Of a DNA stretch of 64,000 bases, positions 28,362-37,708 are shown in pieces. Each line of letters begins with the position of its first letter. The stretch's first letter is position 1. Below the pieces are notes generated by a model. The model saw only the letters and a program-made list of their open reading frames with translations, did not search any database and was not told the origin of the DNA. The position numbers were made by a program, and so were the translations under genes. The stretch comes from Thermoanaerobaculia bacterium (GTDB lineage Bacteria > Acidobacteriota > Thermoanaerobaculia > Multivoradales > JAHZIX01), in assembly GCA_027069135.1 (NCBI GenBank), contig JALXFE010000492.1, positions 1,542 to 65,541 of the forward strand, given 5' to 3'.

Positions 28362-29057
28362 CTACCAGCCCTGTAGACCGGGACTGAGTTGGGCCGTCTG
28401 GGACGCCAGCTCGGCCCGACCTTCAAACCAGCTCTGGAACTCTTCGAGCTCCTGCGGGTCGACGCCGGCGGGATCTTTCTCCCGAGCCTCCAACCACGAT
28501 TTCATGGCCGCGAATAGCTCATCGGCTCGCGCTCGATCTGCCCCGAAGAGACTCATATAGGCCTTCCGAGCCTCTCCCAGGCGGTTCAGCCCGAGGTAAG
28601 CCTCAGCCCGGTACTCAATGGCTTCTGAGTAGTAGGGATTGAGCTCCAGAGCGCGGTCGTAGGCCACCAAGGCCTCGTCGTAACGCCCCAGACGACGCTT
28701 GGCATAGCCGAGGCTGCTGTGAGCCTCGAACATGGTGGGTTTGAGCTCGATGGCACGGGCGAATTTCTTCGCAGCCTTCTCAAATTGCTTCTCCACCTTG
28801 CCCAGGAGCTTCTCTTGCTCAGGACCACTGACGCCGGCCTCAGCCTTCTCTTCCAACTTCCAGGCTTTGTCCCGTAGACCAAGGCCATCGTTGTAGAGCT
28901 CTATGGCCTGCTCTTCCGGCGTCAGCTGCGGCGTCGTCGGATTCGGCGCCGACGGCGCAGACGAGCCACCGGCGGCGAAGACGACGCCGGGAACGAGTGC
29001 CAGGGCAGCTCCCAGGGCCAGGGTTGTTATCCGAAACCTTGCTCGCTTCATCATATT
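28362..29057 (-). CDS. Secreted TPR-repeat protein ending in C-terminal Trp, paralog 1
   Basis: Signal peptide MMKRARFRITTLALGAALALVPGVVFA. TPR-like repeats (EALVAYDRALELNPYYSEAIEYRAEAYLGLNRLGEARKAY). C-terminus ...SPGLQGW. Confidence 0.6.
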   Translation of the reverse strand, partial: NMMKRARFRITTLALGAALALVPGVVFAAGGSSAPSAPNPTTPQLTPEEQAIELYNDGLGLRDKAWKLEEKAEAGVSGPEQEKLLGKVEKQFEKAAKKFARAIELKPTMFEAHSSLGYAKRRLGRYDEALVAYDRALELNPYYSEAIEYRAEAYLGLNRLGEARKAYMSLFGADRARADELFAAMKSWLEAREKDPAGVDPQELEEFQSWFEGRAELASQTAQLSPGLQGW

Positions 29058-29146
29058 GGGCCTCCTTTTTAGCTTCGCCAAGTCTACCCTTTCTTCAGAC
29101 TTCGCAAGCCGGGGACCCATCGCTTTGCCCTCGCGAAGAAAGGGCC

Positions 29147-29830
29147 TTACCAGGGCCCCGAGTCTGAACGGATCTGCGCGGTTTGAGCCGCCAGCTCGGA
29201 TCTGCCCTCAAACCAGGCTGCAAAAGCTTCCAATTCCGCGCTCTCAAGACCCGAGGAATCTACCCTTCGAGCCTCGAGCCATTCCTCCATGGCCTCGAAG
29301 AGCTCGTCGGCCCGCGTGCGGTCACCGGCGAAGAGGAGCATGTAGGCCTTTTTGGCGTCGGCGATGCGATTCAAGCCGAGATAGGCCTCCGCCCGATACT
29401 CGATGGCTTCGGTGTAATACGGATTCAACGCCAGAGCTCGGTCATAGGCCACCAGGGCCTCCTCGTAGCGTCCGAGCCGCCGCAGGGAGTAGCCCAGACT
29501 GCTATGGGCCTGGAACATCTCAGGGTTCAATTTCACGGCGCGGCGGAAATTCTTGACCGCCTTTCCGAATTGCTTCTCCATCTTGCCCTGGAGCTTCCCG
29601 CGATCTCCTTCGTCGGTGCTCCCAGCCAGTTTTTCCTCCAGCTTCCATGCCTTGTCGCGGATCCGCAGGCCTTCGTTATAGAGCTGAGCCGCTTCCTCTC
29701 GAGGGGTCAGCGAAGCTACCGGCGGTGCCGAAGTCGAAGAACCACCGGACGCCTCGGTTTCTTGCGGGAACGCTGCGAAGAGAAACCCGAACAGGGTCAC
29801 GGCAGCTACTTTGGACATAAGCTCTTTCAT
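29147..29830 (-). CDS. Secreted TPR-repeat protein ending in C-terminal Trp, paralog 2
   Basis: ~65% identical to the 28362..29057 product over the full length. Same domain order. Signal peptide MKELMSKVAAVTLFGFLFAAFPQETEA. C-terminus ...RSDSGPW. Confidence 0.6.
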   Translation of the reverse strand: MKELMSKVAAVTLFGFLFAAFPQETEASGGSSTSAPPVASLTPREEAAQLYNEGLRIRDKAWKLEEKLAGSTDEGDRGKLQGKMEKQFGKAVKNFRRAVKLNPEMFQAHSSLGYSLRRLGRYEEALVAYDRALALNPYYTEAIEYRAEAYLGLNRIADAKKAYMLLFAGDRTRADELFEAMEEWLEARRVDSSGLESAELEAFAAWFEGRSELAAQTAQIRSDSGPW

Positions 29831-30072
29831 GATCTAAAACTCCTTCGGATCGTTGTGGGTTCCGTCCTGACCCTCTCCGGAGGCCCTCAGCGGACGATCG
29901 GTGGATCACGGGGCAGAGATTGCGCCGTAGGGGCCCCGGGAGTCCTGAATTGGAGCTATAGGTTTCCTGATGTTTTCCTGTGGGCCGGCCCGGACGCCCT
30001 CCTTAGCGGGTCTCGAGGGGGCAACAACGAATTCGCGGTACTATTTCTTAGACCCTCATCGGAGACCGACTG

Positions 30073-32274
30073 TTGACGATCGATCCCAACGACACTCCCT
30101 TCCTCCCAGGCTCAGCGGAGCAGCAGGAGACCTCCATCGACCGCACGTCGTTTCGGGTCGGTAGCTGGAAAGTCGAGGCGGACCTGCAGCGCATTTCCGA
30201 CGGCGGCACCGTCCATCAACTGGAGCCGAAAGTTCTGCAGGTTCTCCTCTGCCTCTGCGCGCACCGCGGCCGAGTGGTTGATCGGGAGCACCTGACGCAG
30301 GAAGTCTGGCCGGACACCATCGTGGGGGACGATCCCCTCAACCGGGCAATCTCGGAGCTGCGCAAAATCTTCCGGGACGCTCCTCGGCAACCCCGTTATA
30401 TCGAGACTATCCACAAGAAAGGCTATCGACTCATCGCCTCGGTCTCGCCCCTTGCAGCACCGCCAGCACCACCAACACTACCGGCACCGGCCAAAGTGTC
30501 CCCTTCGAAACGCTGGAACCTCGCCACCCTCCCGCTGCTAGCACTGGTCCTGATCCTGGGAGCCTGGGGGGCCAAATCCTGGTGGCCCCCGTTCCGGCAG
30601 GCCGCACCTCCGGGCGCCGAGCCGGCCCCTCCACGGACGATCCCCATCACCAGCTATCCGGGACGGGAGCGCCAGCCGGCCCTTTCGCCGGACGGCCAGC
30701 GGGTGGTCTACACCTGGGCCGGCACCGAGGGCAAAAGCCTCGACATCTACCTCGAACAGCTCGAGAGTGATCGACCTCTGCGCCTGACGAAGGGTGCCTC
30801 CGCGGATACCGACCCGGCCTGGTCCCCGGACGGAACCACCGTAGCGTTCGCCCGCACGACGCCGGATCATTTCGAAATCCGGGGAGTGCCAGCCATCGGC
30901 GGGGCACAACGTATTCTCTACACGAGTACCGCCGCCTATGCTCTGGGCTTTGATTGGTCACCGGACGCCCGCCACCTCGTGGTCTCCGACCAGGGAGATC
31001 CGGGGAAAGGCTTCCGCCTCTTTCTGGTCTCCCTCGAGACCGGTGAGCGTAACGCCCTGACCGCACCCTCCGGACACCAGGCCGATCTCTCTCCCCGCTT
31101 TTCACCGGACGGCGAGACCGTGGCATTCATCCGGATTCTCGGCCGCTCCGTCCGAGAGGTCTTTCTGATCCCGACGGACGGCACAACGGCCCGGCCACTG
31201 ACCTCGGATGGCCTCGATATCGCCGGTGTGGACTGGACTGTGGATGGCGAAGACCTGATCTACTCGTCGAATAGAAATGGGGTCTACGGCCTCTGGCGCC
31301 AGCCGAGATCGGGAGGCGCTGCCCAGTGGTTAGGGTACGAGAGCGCTTTCGTTCCATCGGTAGGCCCTAGCGGTCTCGTCTTCGAGCAGCGCCGCCAGGA
31401 TGTCGGAATCTGGCGCCAGCCCCTCGATCCCGCCGACACGGTGAAGGGATCGTCCCAGCTGATCTCTTCCACCCGGGCCGATCTCGAGCCTCAGGTTTCG
31501 CCGGACGGCTCCCAGATTGCCTTCGTCTCGAACCGCACCGGGAGCCACGAGCTCTGGGTCGCCGGTGAGAATGGCGAAACCCCGCGCCAGCTGACCTCCT
31601 CCCAGACTCCCGTCCAAGCTTGGCGTGCCTCCGTCCAGCATCCCCGCTGGTCTCCGGACGGCCAAAACCTCGTCTACTCCACCCGCCGGGAGGAGGGGCT
31701 CGATATCTACACCGTCGCCACCGATGGCAGCTCGCCCAAGGCCCTGGTCGCCCACCCCGCCGAGGACCGAGCCCCCTGCTGGGATCCCGGTGCGCCATGG
31801 ATCTATTTCGTCTCGGATAGGGGCGGAGCCCGACAAATCTGGAGGGTTCCCGAAGAGGGTGGGGAACCGACAAGAGTCTCAAAAACCGTCGTTGCCCCTA
31901 TGTTGAGCTGTCCCCTGATCGGTGAGCTTTACTTCCAGTCCCAGGGCGACCGGGAGATCCGGCGGCTGCGTATCCTCGAAGAAGGCATTCAGGAGGAAAG
32001 CACCGGATTTTCGCCGGACTCCACCGATTGGACGGCCACCGCCGCCGGGCTCTACGGCTTCGTCGACTCCGAGGGCCCAGGCCTGGCCCTCGCCCACTTC
32101 GACCCGGTAGCGGGTGAAGTGGTCTCCCAAGTGCCCCTGGCGGAAGGCCTGCCCGCCGGTGGAATCATCGCCGAAACCGGCGGCCTCACCGTCCACGAGG
32201 CGGGCCGCTGGGCCCTCTACACCCGGGTGGAAGAAAACGAATCCGATATCGTCTTCGTCAAGGGTTTCCGCTAG
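30073..32274 (+). CDS. CadC/OmpR-type winged-helix transcriptional regulator fused to TM helix and periplasmic TolB-like beta-propeller
   Basis: wHTH (QLEPKVLQVLLCLCAHRGRVVDREHLTQEVWPDTIVGDDPLNRAISELRKIF ... KKGYRL). TM LATLPLLALVLILGAWGA. Repeated SPDG/WSPDG propeller blades. Confidence 0.8.
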   Translation: MTIDPNDTPFLPGSAEQQETSIDRTSFRVGSWKVEADLQRISDGGTVHQLEPKVLQVLLCLCAHRGRVVDREHLTQEVWPDTIVGDDPLNRAISELRKIFRDAPRQPRYIETIHKKGYRLIASVSPLAAPPAPPTLPAPAKVSPSKRWNLATLPLLALVLILGAWGAKSWWPPFRQAAPPGAEPAPPRTIPITSYPGRERQPALSPDGQRVVYTWAGTEGKSLDIYLEQLESDRPLRLTKGASADTDPAWSPDGTTVAFARTTPDHFEIRGVPAIGGAQRILYTSTAAYALGFDWSPDARHLVVSDQGDPGKGFRLFLVSLETGERNALTAPSGHQADLSPRFSPDGETVAFIRILGRSVREVFLIPTDGTTARPLTSDGLDIAGVDWTVDGEDLIYSSNRNGVYGLWRQPRSGGAAQWLGYESAFVPSVGPSGLVFEQRRQDVGIWRQPLDPADTVKGSSQLISSTRADLEPQVSPDGSQIAFVSNRTGSHELWVAGENGETPRQLTSSQTPVQAWRASVQHPRWSPDGQNLVYSTRREEGLDIYTVATDGSSPKALVAHPAEDRAPCWDPGAPWIYFVSDRGGARQIWRVPEEGGEPTRVSKTVVAPMLSCPLIGELYFQSQGDREIRRLRILEEGIQEESTGFSPDSTDWTATAAGLYGFVDSEGPGLALAHFDPVAGEVVSQVPLAEGLPAGGIIAETGGLTVHEAGRWALYTRVEENESDIVFVKGFR

Positions 32275-34051
32275 CCGCTGCAATCCAGCCTTCGATCTTT
32301 TCCCGGAGCATCTTCAAGGTCACGGTGCCGTCCTCGATGACGGCATCGTGAAATTCCTTGATGTCGAATCGATCCCCGAGGCGTTCCTCGGCCTCAGTCC
32401 GTAGGCGCTGGATCTCCAGGCTGCCGATGAGGTAGGAGAGGGCCTGGGCCGGGACGGCGATGTAGCGGTCGACCTCGTAGGCGGCCTCGGACTCGGCCCA
32501 GGCGACGTTGGCCAGGAGGAAGTCGAGGGCCTGCTGCCGCGTCCAGCCGAGGGCGTGCATGCCGGTATCGACGACCAGCCGGGCGGCCCGCAGGGCCTCG
32601 TTGGAGAGCATCCCCAGGCGGGCGGCGTCGGAGGAGTAGAGGCCCATCTCATCCGCCAGACGCTCCGTGTAGAGGGCCCAACCCTCGCCCGTGCCGGAAA
32701 AGAAAAAATACCGCAGGATGGGGTGGACGCCGCTCCTCTCGAGACCGATCGAGACCTGCAGGTGGTGCCCCGGGTAGGTCTCGTGAAAGGTGGTCGCTTC
32801 GAGGCCTACCTTGGAGATCTTCCCCGGCTCGTGGAGGCCGATCTCGTAGGTTCCCGGCCGGCTACCGTCGGCGGCCCCGGCACTGTAGAAGCCCCCGCCG
32901 GTGCGCTCCTGGTAGTCCGGGTAGGGGCGGATGACCACTTCCGCCTGAGGCACGAAGCCGAACCACTCCGGAATCGCCTCCCGGGCCCGGTCGATGGCCG
33001 CCTGGGTGTACTCCAGCACTTCTTCCCGGCTGCCGAAGGTGTAGCGCCGGTCAGTGCGGGCGATCGCCAGGAGGACTGCTAAATCTTCTGTGCCGAAGCT
33101 GCGCCGCCCGAGGGTCCGCATCTCTTCCTGGATGCTGGCGAGCTTCTCGAGGCCCATGTCATGAATCGCCTGGGGAGTCAGGTCGAGGGAGGTGTAATTG
33201 CGGATCGAAGCGGCGTAACACTGCGCCCCTCGAGGATTCGCCGAGACCCCGACAGTCTCCCGAGCGCCGGACCGGTACTCATCGGCCAGGAAATCTCGAT
33301 AGCGTCGGATCGCTGGGCGGATCTCTTGTTCTACGACCTCCATCAAGGCTCTCGAGAACTCTTCGTCGGCGTCCCGATGCGCGGGCTCGAAAAACGGTGA
33401 GTCTCCTTTCGCCACCCCCAACATGGCGTTCATCTGGGCGATCACCGCATCGACGTTGGATCGGGGCGCCGTCAAGCCCCGGCGCAATCCCTCTTGGAGG
33501 TTGGCGATCTCGGTGGCCAAGAACCGGGCGACGTCCCGGGCCCGGGCCAGAGCCTCGTCCCGCGCCGCCGGGGAGCCCACCGGTTGCTGGGCGAAGCTCG
33601 ACGGCAGGATGCTCTGCCAGCCAGTCCAGGTGGGGCTCACATTCCACAGGGCAGTCCCACACACCCGCCGAGCCGTGGAAGCTTCCAAGCGGTCGCGGGC
33701 GAAGGCATGGGGCACCGCCGCCGCCGTCCCCCGGAGAAGGTCCCCATCGATGCTCTCGAGAGCCGCGATCCAGGCGTCCTCTTTCTCCTCCCAACCCTGC
33801 ATCGCCGCGAGGCTGCGATCCCCCAGCCGATCCCAGGGGATCTCCAAATACCCCACCTCATACGCCTCTTCCGGGAAGCTCTGGTAATACTCGTGAACGT
33901 ATTCCTGGGCTACTTCGAGAACCCGGGCGACGGCTTCCTCCGACGGTCGGGGCGCTTCCTCCGGCGGGGGAGCGGCACACGCGAAGATGGCGAGGCAGGA
34001 AAGTGTCAGGCAGGAAAGTGTCAGGCAGGAAAGAGAGGGCTGTTTCCGCAT
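32258..34051 (-). CDS. DUF885 family protein (putative metallopeptidase-like lipoprotein)
   Basis: HExxPGHH motif (FHETYPGHHLQ). Start inferred at MRKQPSL. N-terminal LSCLT repeats followed by AIFAC, lipobox-like. Confidence 0.7.
   Translation of the reverse strand: MRKQPSLSCLTLSCLTLSCLAIFACAAPPPEEAPRPSEEAVARVLEVAQEYVHEYYQSFPEEAYEVGYLEIPWDRLGDRSLAAMQGWEEKEDAWIAALESIDGDLLRGTAAAVPHAFARDRLEASTARRVCGTALWNVSPTWTGWQSILPSSFAQQPVGSPAARDEALARARDVARFLATEIANLQEGLRRGLTAPRSNVDAVIAQMNAMLGVAKGDSPFFEPAHRDADEEFSRALMEVVEQEIRPAIRRYRDFLADEYRSGARETVGVSANPRGAQCYAASIRNYTSLDLTPQAIHDMGLEKLASIQEEMRTLGRRSFGTEDLAVLLAIARTDRRYTFGSREEVLEYTQAAIDRAREAIPEWFGFVPQAEVVIRPYPDYQERTGGGFYSAGAADGSRPGTYEIGLHEPGKISKVGLEATTFHETYPGHHLQVSIGLERSGVHPILRYFFFSGTGEGWALYTERLADEMGLYSSDAARLGMLSNEALRAARLVVDTGMHALGWTRQQALDFLLANVAWAESEAAYEVDRYIAVPAQALSYLIGSLEIQRLRTEAEERLGDRFDIKEFHDAVIEDGTVTLKMLREKIEGWIAAASGNP
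33996..34038. repeat. 15-bp tandem repeat (caggaaagtgtcagg x ~2.5) within the DUF885 signal-peptide region
   Basis: Direct repeat encodes LSCLT LSCLT LSCL in the signal-peptide h-region. Confidence 0.6.
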
Positions 34052-34113
34052 CAGAAGGCTCCTTGGTTCCGGTTGGCAATGGTCCACGAGACCGACCTCT
34101 CAAGGGTACGACC

Positions 34114-34575
34114 TCAGCGAGGCCCCACCGACGAAAGTTCGAGGACTTCGATGAGCTTCCCGAAGCGGCGGAAGTCCCGGACGTTTGCCGTTATGAGTCG
34201 GCCCTCCCCGCTTGTTAGCAGGGTGGCCACGAGGTTGGCGTCGTGAATCTGCTTTCCGCTGCACAGCCCATCGCTTACCAACCGGGCGAGTTGGCTCGCC
34301 GTGGCAACCGTCTCTTCTAGGACCCGCATCCGCCGCCGCATCCTCTGGAGGTTCTCGAGGGCCAGAACTACAGAAAGGCCGAGCCCGTTCAATGAAGCGG
34401 GCCGAGTTGCCACGGCGAGGTACTCGCGGAGAACCTGACCGCTGGTCAGCAACCGGATTCCACGGTTCGGCCATTCATTCAGAACCGTCAGGGCAGCCTG
34501 GTAGAAGGGCCGGTTCGGCGCGGTCGCCGTCAACAAGATGTTGGTATCGACCAGGACCGGCCTATCGACCGTCAT
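34114..34575 (-). CDS. PIN-domain toxin (VapC-like)
   Basis: MTVDRPVLVDTNILL N-terminus (PIN Asp). Conserved acidic residues downstream. Start inferred at an internal Met to give a typical ~150-aa PIN. Confidence 0.75.
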   Translation of the reverse strand: MTVDRPVLVDTNILLTATAPNRPFYQAALTVLNEWPNRGIRLLTSGQVLREYLAVATRPASLNGLGLSVVLALENLQRMRRRMRVLEETVATASQLARLVSDGLCSGKQIHDANLVATLLTSGEGRLITANVRDFRRFGKLIEVLELSSVGPR

Positions 34576-34795
34576 CACCGTATAGCTCTTCCCGTGACCA
34601 ACTCGAATTCCCGGTAACGGACGAGGTGTGGAGGACAAGGGCTGGTAGAGGCTCCTCGGACGGCTCATCTCGGGCGATCAACGCCAAGATCTGTCGCAAT
34701 TCCTTCTGGAGAGACCGGTCATGTCTCGCAGCGCGGCGTTTGAGGGCGGTGAGCACGCCTTCCGGTACGTCTCGGATATGAATAGCTGGCATACT
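34562..34795 (-). CDS. Putative antitoxin of the PIN toxin (RHH/FitA-like)
   Basis: MPAIHIRDVPEGVLTALKRRAARHDRSLQKELRQILA is typical of StbC/FitA-like antitoxins. 14-bp overlap with the PIN gene. Confidence 0.55.
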   Translation of the reverse strand, partial: SMPAIHIRDVPEGVLTALKRRAARHDRSLQKELRQILALIARDEPSEEPLPALVLHTSSVTGNSSWSREELYGDDGR

Positions 34796-34878
34796 GAAAT
34801 GGTACCAGTAGCATAGTGCTAGCACAACCCGGATAGGTCCGTGGCACCCTTCTTGGCAGTGCGAGGCCACATCGGTTC

Positions 34879-35334
34879 TTGACGCCGGCATCCAGAAGTG
34901 CTAAAAATTCCGCAGATGCTGATTTTTCCGCAGGTTTTTTCCTGGAGATCGAAATGAAGAAGGATGGATTCAGTCGTCGGGAGCGGGAGGTGATGGACAT
35001 CATCTACCGCCACGAACGGCTTACCGCGGCGGAGGTCATGGCCGAGATGCCTTCCCCGCCCAGCTACTCCTCGGTACGGTCCACCCTGAGTATCCTGGAG
35101 CAGAAAGGGCATCTACACCACGAGGCCGACGGCAACCGCTACGTCTATTTCCCCACGGTCCGCCGAGCCCAGGCGCGACGCACGGCCCTCGACCGCCTGG
35201 TCTCGACGTTCTTTGAGAATTCTCCCGCCCAGGTCGTCACAGCCTTGTTGGAGGAGAGAGGCTCGGAGCTCACCGATGCAGATCTTTCGGAGCTTTCGGG
35301 GCTCATCGACCGGGCCCGAGAGGAGGGACGCTGA
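34879..35334 (+). CDS. BlaI/MecI/CopY family transcriptional repressor
   Basis: Winged-helix N-terminus REREVMDIIYRHERLTAAEVMAEM ... YSSVRSTLSILEQKGHL. 151 aa. Stop overlaps the BlaR1-like start. Confidence 0.8.
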   Translation: MTPASRSAKNSADADFSAGFFLEIEMKKDGFSRREREVMDIIYRHERLTAAEVMAEMPSPPSYSSVRSTLSILEQKGHLHHEADGNRYVYFPTVRRAQARRTALDRLVSTFFENSPAQVVTALLEERGSELTDADLSELSGLIDRAREEGR

Positions 35335-37673
35335 TGCCTGATCTCCAGGAATTTCATTCGGTGTTGCCCCTGCTGGTGAAGCTCTCCCTCTGGTGTACCC
35401 TGCCCTTCGCCTTGAAGCCGCTCCTCGCGCGCTGGTCCGCGGCGCGACGCCACTTGCTCCTGACCCTGGTTCTTGCGGGCAGCCTAGCTCTACCGGCTCT
35501 GTGGAGCCTTGCCCCGTCCTGGTCGGCGCCGTCGTGGCTGCGGCTCCCGAGCGCTGAGGGGCGGACGGCTTCGGAGATGGAAGCAGCTCCACGGTTCCAG
35601 GAGCCCGAGTATTTTCTGCCCCTACCCCAGCCATTAGAGACCCGGGGCGCTGCCAGCGCTTTCCATAGGACAGTAGCCCATCCTCACCCTGCGACGGAGG
35701 TGTCACTCTCCGAGAGACGGCTTGCGAAAGCCGCCTCGGCCGGTAGCTCCGAGCCTGCCCCCCGGCCCTCCGCCGGCCCGATTCTCTTCCTCGTTTGGAT
35801 CCTCGGCCTGGTTTTCATGATGACGCGCCTCGTCCTCTCCATCCGCCGTGCGGCGGGGATCGTCGGGCGGGGTGGGGCCGTCGCCGACGCCACCGCTGGG
35901 GAGCTCCTGGAGGCCGGTCGGGAACGGCTGTCCTCGACGGTACGGCCGAGGCTTCTCGAAAGTTCTGAGACGACCGTACCCTTCGCCTGGGGTTCCGGCC
36001 GCGGTTCCATCGTCCTTCCGACGACCTGGCGCCGGTGGAGCCCCCAACGTTTGGAGGTCGTCGTCGTCCATGAGCTGGCTCATCTGCGCCGCAGAGACTC
36101 TCTCGCTCTTGCCGTCGGTCGGATAGCTACCGCACTTTGGTGGTTTCTCCCGATGGTCCACATTCTTGATGCCTGGGCTCGCCGGGAATGCGAGCAGGCC
36201 ACGGATGACGCCGTCCTGCTCTCCGGTTCCCGGGCCTCGGAATACGCCTATCACCTCATCGCCATCGGTCGTTCTTTGTCGCGGCCACTGCCCGCAGGAG
36301 TTTCTCTGATGATGTCCAACCGACCCAACCTCAAATCCCGTCTGCTCTCGATCCTCCGCCCGGACCAACCCCGCCAGGGCCTGACCCGCCGTATCGTGTG
36401 GGGAGCGAGTCTGCTTGCCCTCGGTTCCACGATAGCTCTGGCAGGAATTCGCTTTGCTCCTAAGGTCGAAGCTCAGGAGGTCTACGGCGAGGACCGTCAC
36501 GGCCATCGTCATGACCACGAAACCTACACCGATGAGGGTTCTGGCGGGCCCTGGGAGCAGGCCAACGCAGCCCACTCCCAGGGCCGCTACGACGAAGCCA
36601 TAGCCGGCTTCGAGAAAGCTGCCAAAGAAGGGATCCGCCCGGCGACTTCAACCTACAACGCCGCCTGCGGTTACGCCTTGACGGATCGGCCGGAGGAAGC
36701 CTTGGCCAACCTGGGCAAAGCGCTCCGCCTGGGCCTGGACGACCTCGAGCTACTGACCGAAGACTCGGACCTCGACCCCTTGCGCTCGGATCCACGCTTT
36801 CAAGCCCTGGTCGACAAAGCCTTCGCCGACGCCGGTGAGACGCGAGATCCCATGACCGACTACCGCTACCGCAGAACCCAGGAGACTCTCGAGCTTCTTC
36901 AGCAGGAGGGCTCTAGAGATTCCGAGGCTTGGGCCGAGGTCGGTACCGACCTCCTCACCAGTCGCCGACTGGATGATGCCGTCGTGGCCTTCTCCAATGC
37001 CGTCCGCTTCGACAGGGAGCCCCGGGGGAATACCCTCTACAACCTCGCCTGCGCCCACGCCCTCGCGGGCCAGAAGTCCCAGGCCTTGAATTCCCTCGAA
37101 AAGGCCATCCATGCCGGTTATTCGGATCCGCATCATATGCAGGAGGATTCCGATCTTCGATCCCTGCGCGGCGATCCGCGATTTCAGAAGCTGACGGAGC
37201 TGGCCCACGATCTCGATCTGAACCGCTTCCGGAAAACCTTGTGGGAAGAGCGGTCGACCGTATCGACGGCCATTCACTGGGTCTCCCAGGGCGATCGGAG
37301 CGAGTACTCTCCGGAGGTCTGGGCGCCCGCCATCAAGTTCTATCGAGGCTTTACCGCGAAAAATCCTGAGGTCGGCATCGGCTGGTTCAATCTCGGCTAC
37401 GCCCTTCACTACTCCGAACGCTTCGAGGAAGCCGGGGAAGCCTTCAACAAGGCCCGGGACCACGGGTTTCGACCATCGACATCGACTTACAACGTCGCCT
37501 GCGGCCTTTCTATGCTCAACCGGGTCGATGAGGCCATCGCCGCGCTCCAGAAGGCTATCGATCTAGGCTTCAACAACGGCTTCGAGCACGACTCGGATCT
37601 CGAGAACCTCAAATCCGATGATCGCTTTCGGGCTCTCGCCCGCAAACAGGAAATGCGGCACGAGCACGGTTGA
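35334..37673 (+). CDS. BlaR1-like M56 peptidase signal transducer with C-terminal TPR domain
   Basis: M56 HExxH motif VVHELAHLRRRD. Several N-terminal TM helices. C-terminal TPR repeats (YNAACGYALTDRPEEALANLGKAL; YNLACAHALAGQKSQALNSLEKAI; YNVACGLSMLNRVDEAIAALQKAI). Confidence 0.8.
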   Translation: MPDLQEFHSVLPLLVKLSLWCTLPFALKPLLARWSAARRHLLLTLVLAGSLALPALWSLAPSWSAPSWLRLPSAEGRTASEMEAAPRFQEPEYFLPLPQPLETRGAASAFHRTVAHPHPATEVSLSERRLAKAASAGSSEPAPRPSAGPILFLVWILGLVFMMTRLVLSIRRAAGIVGRGGAVADATAGELLEAGRERLSSTVRPRLLESSETTVPFAWGSGRGSIVLPTTWRRWSPQRLEVVVVHELAHLRRRDSLALAVGRIATALWWFLPMVHILDAWARRECEQATDDAVLLSGSRASEYAYHLIAIGRSLSRPLPAGVSLMMSNRPNLKSRLLSILRPDQPRQGLTRRIVWGASLLALGSTIALAGIRFAPKVEAQEVYGEDRHGHRHDHETYTDEGSGGPWEQANAAHSQGRYDEAIAGFEKAAKEGIRPATSTYNAACGYALTDRPEEALANLGKALRLGLDDLELLTEDSDLDPLRSDPRFQALVDKAFADAGETRDPMTDYRYRRTQETLELLQQEGSRDSEAWAEVGTDLLTSRRLDDAVVAFSNAVRFDREPRGNTLYNLACAHALAGQKSQALNSLEKAIHAGYSDPHHMQEDSDLRSLRGDPRFQKLTELAHDLDLNRFRKTLWEERSTVSTAIHWVSQGDRSEYSPEVWAPAIKFYRGFTAKNPEVGIGWFNLGYALHYSERFEEAGEAFNKARDHGFRPSTSTYNVACGLSMLNRVDEAIAALQKAIDLGFNNGFEHDSDLENLKSDDRFRALARKQEMRHEHG

Positions 37674-37708
37674 GGGCGCCCGCTCCAAGGGCAGGCACAA
37701 GACCTGCC

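Noticed and set aside
24877-29830. Possibility that the MamK-like gene marks a magnetosome gene cluster, with the TPR proteins being MamA
   Set aside because: No MamB/M (CDF), MamE/O (HtrA), MamP (magnetochrome), MamQ, MamI/L homologues in the window. The TPR proteins have signal peptides, whereas MamA is cytoplasmic. Neighbours are ordinary metabolic and cell-wall genes.
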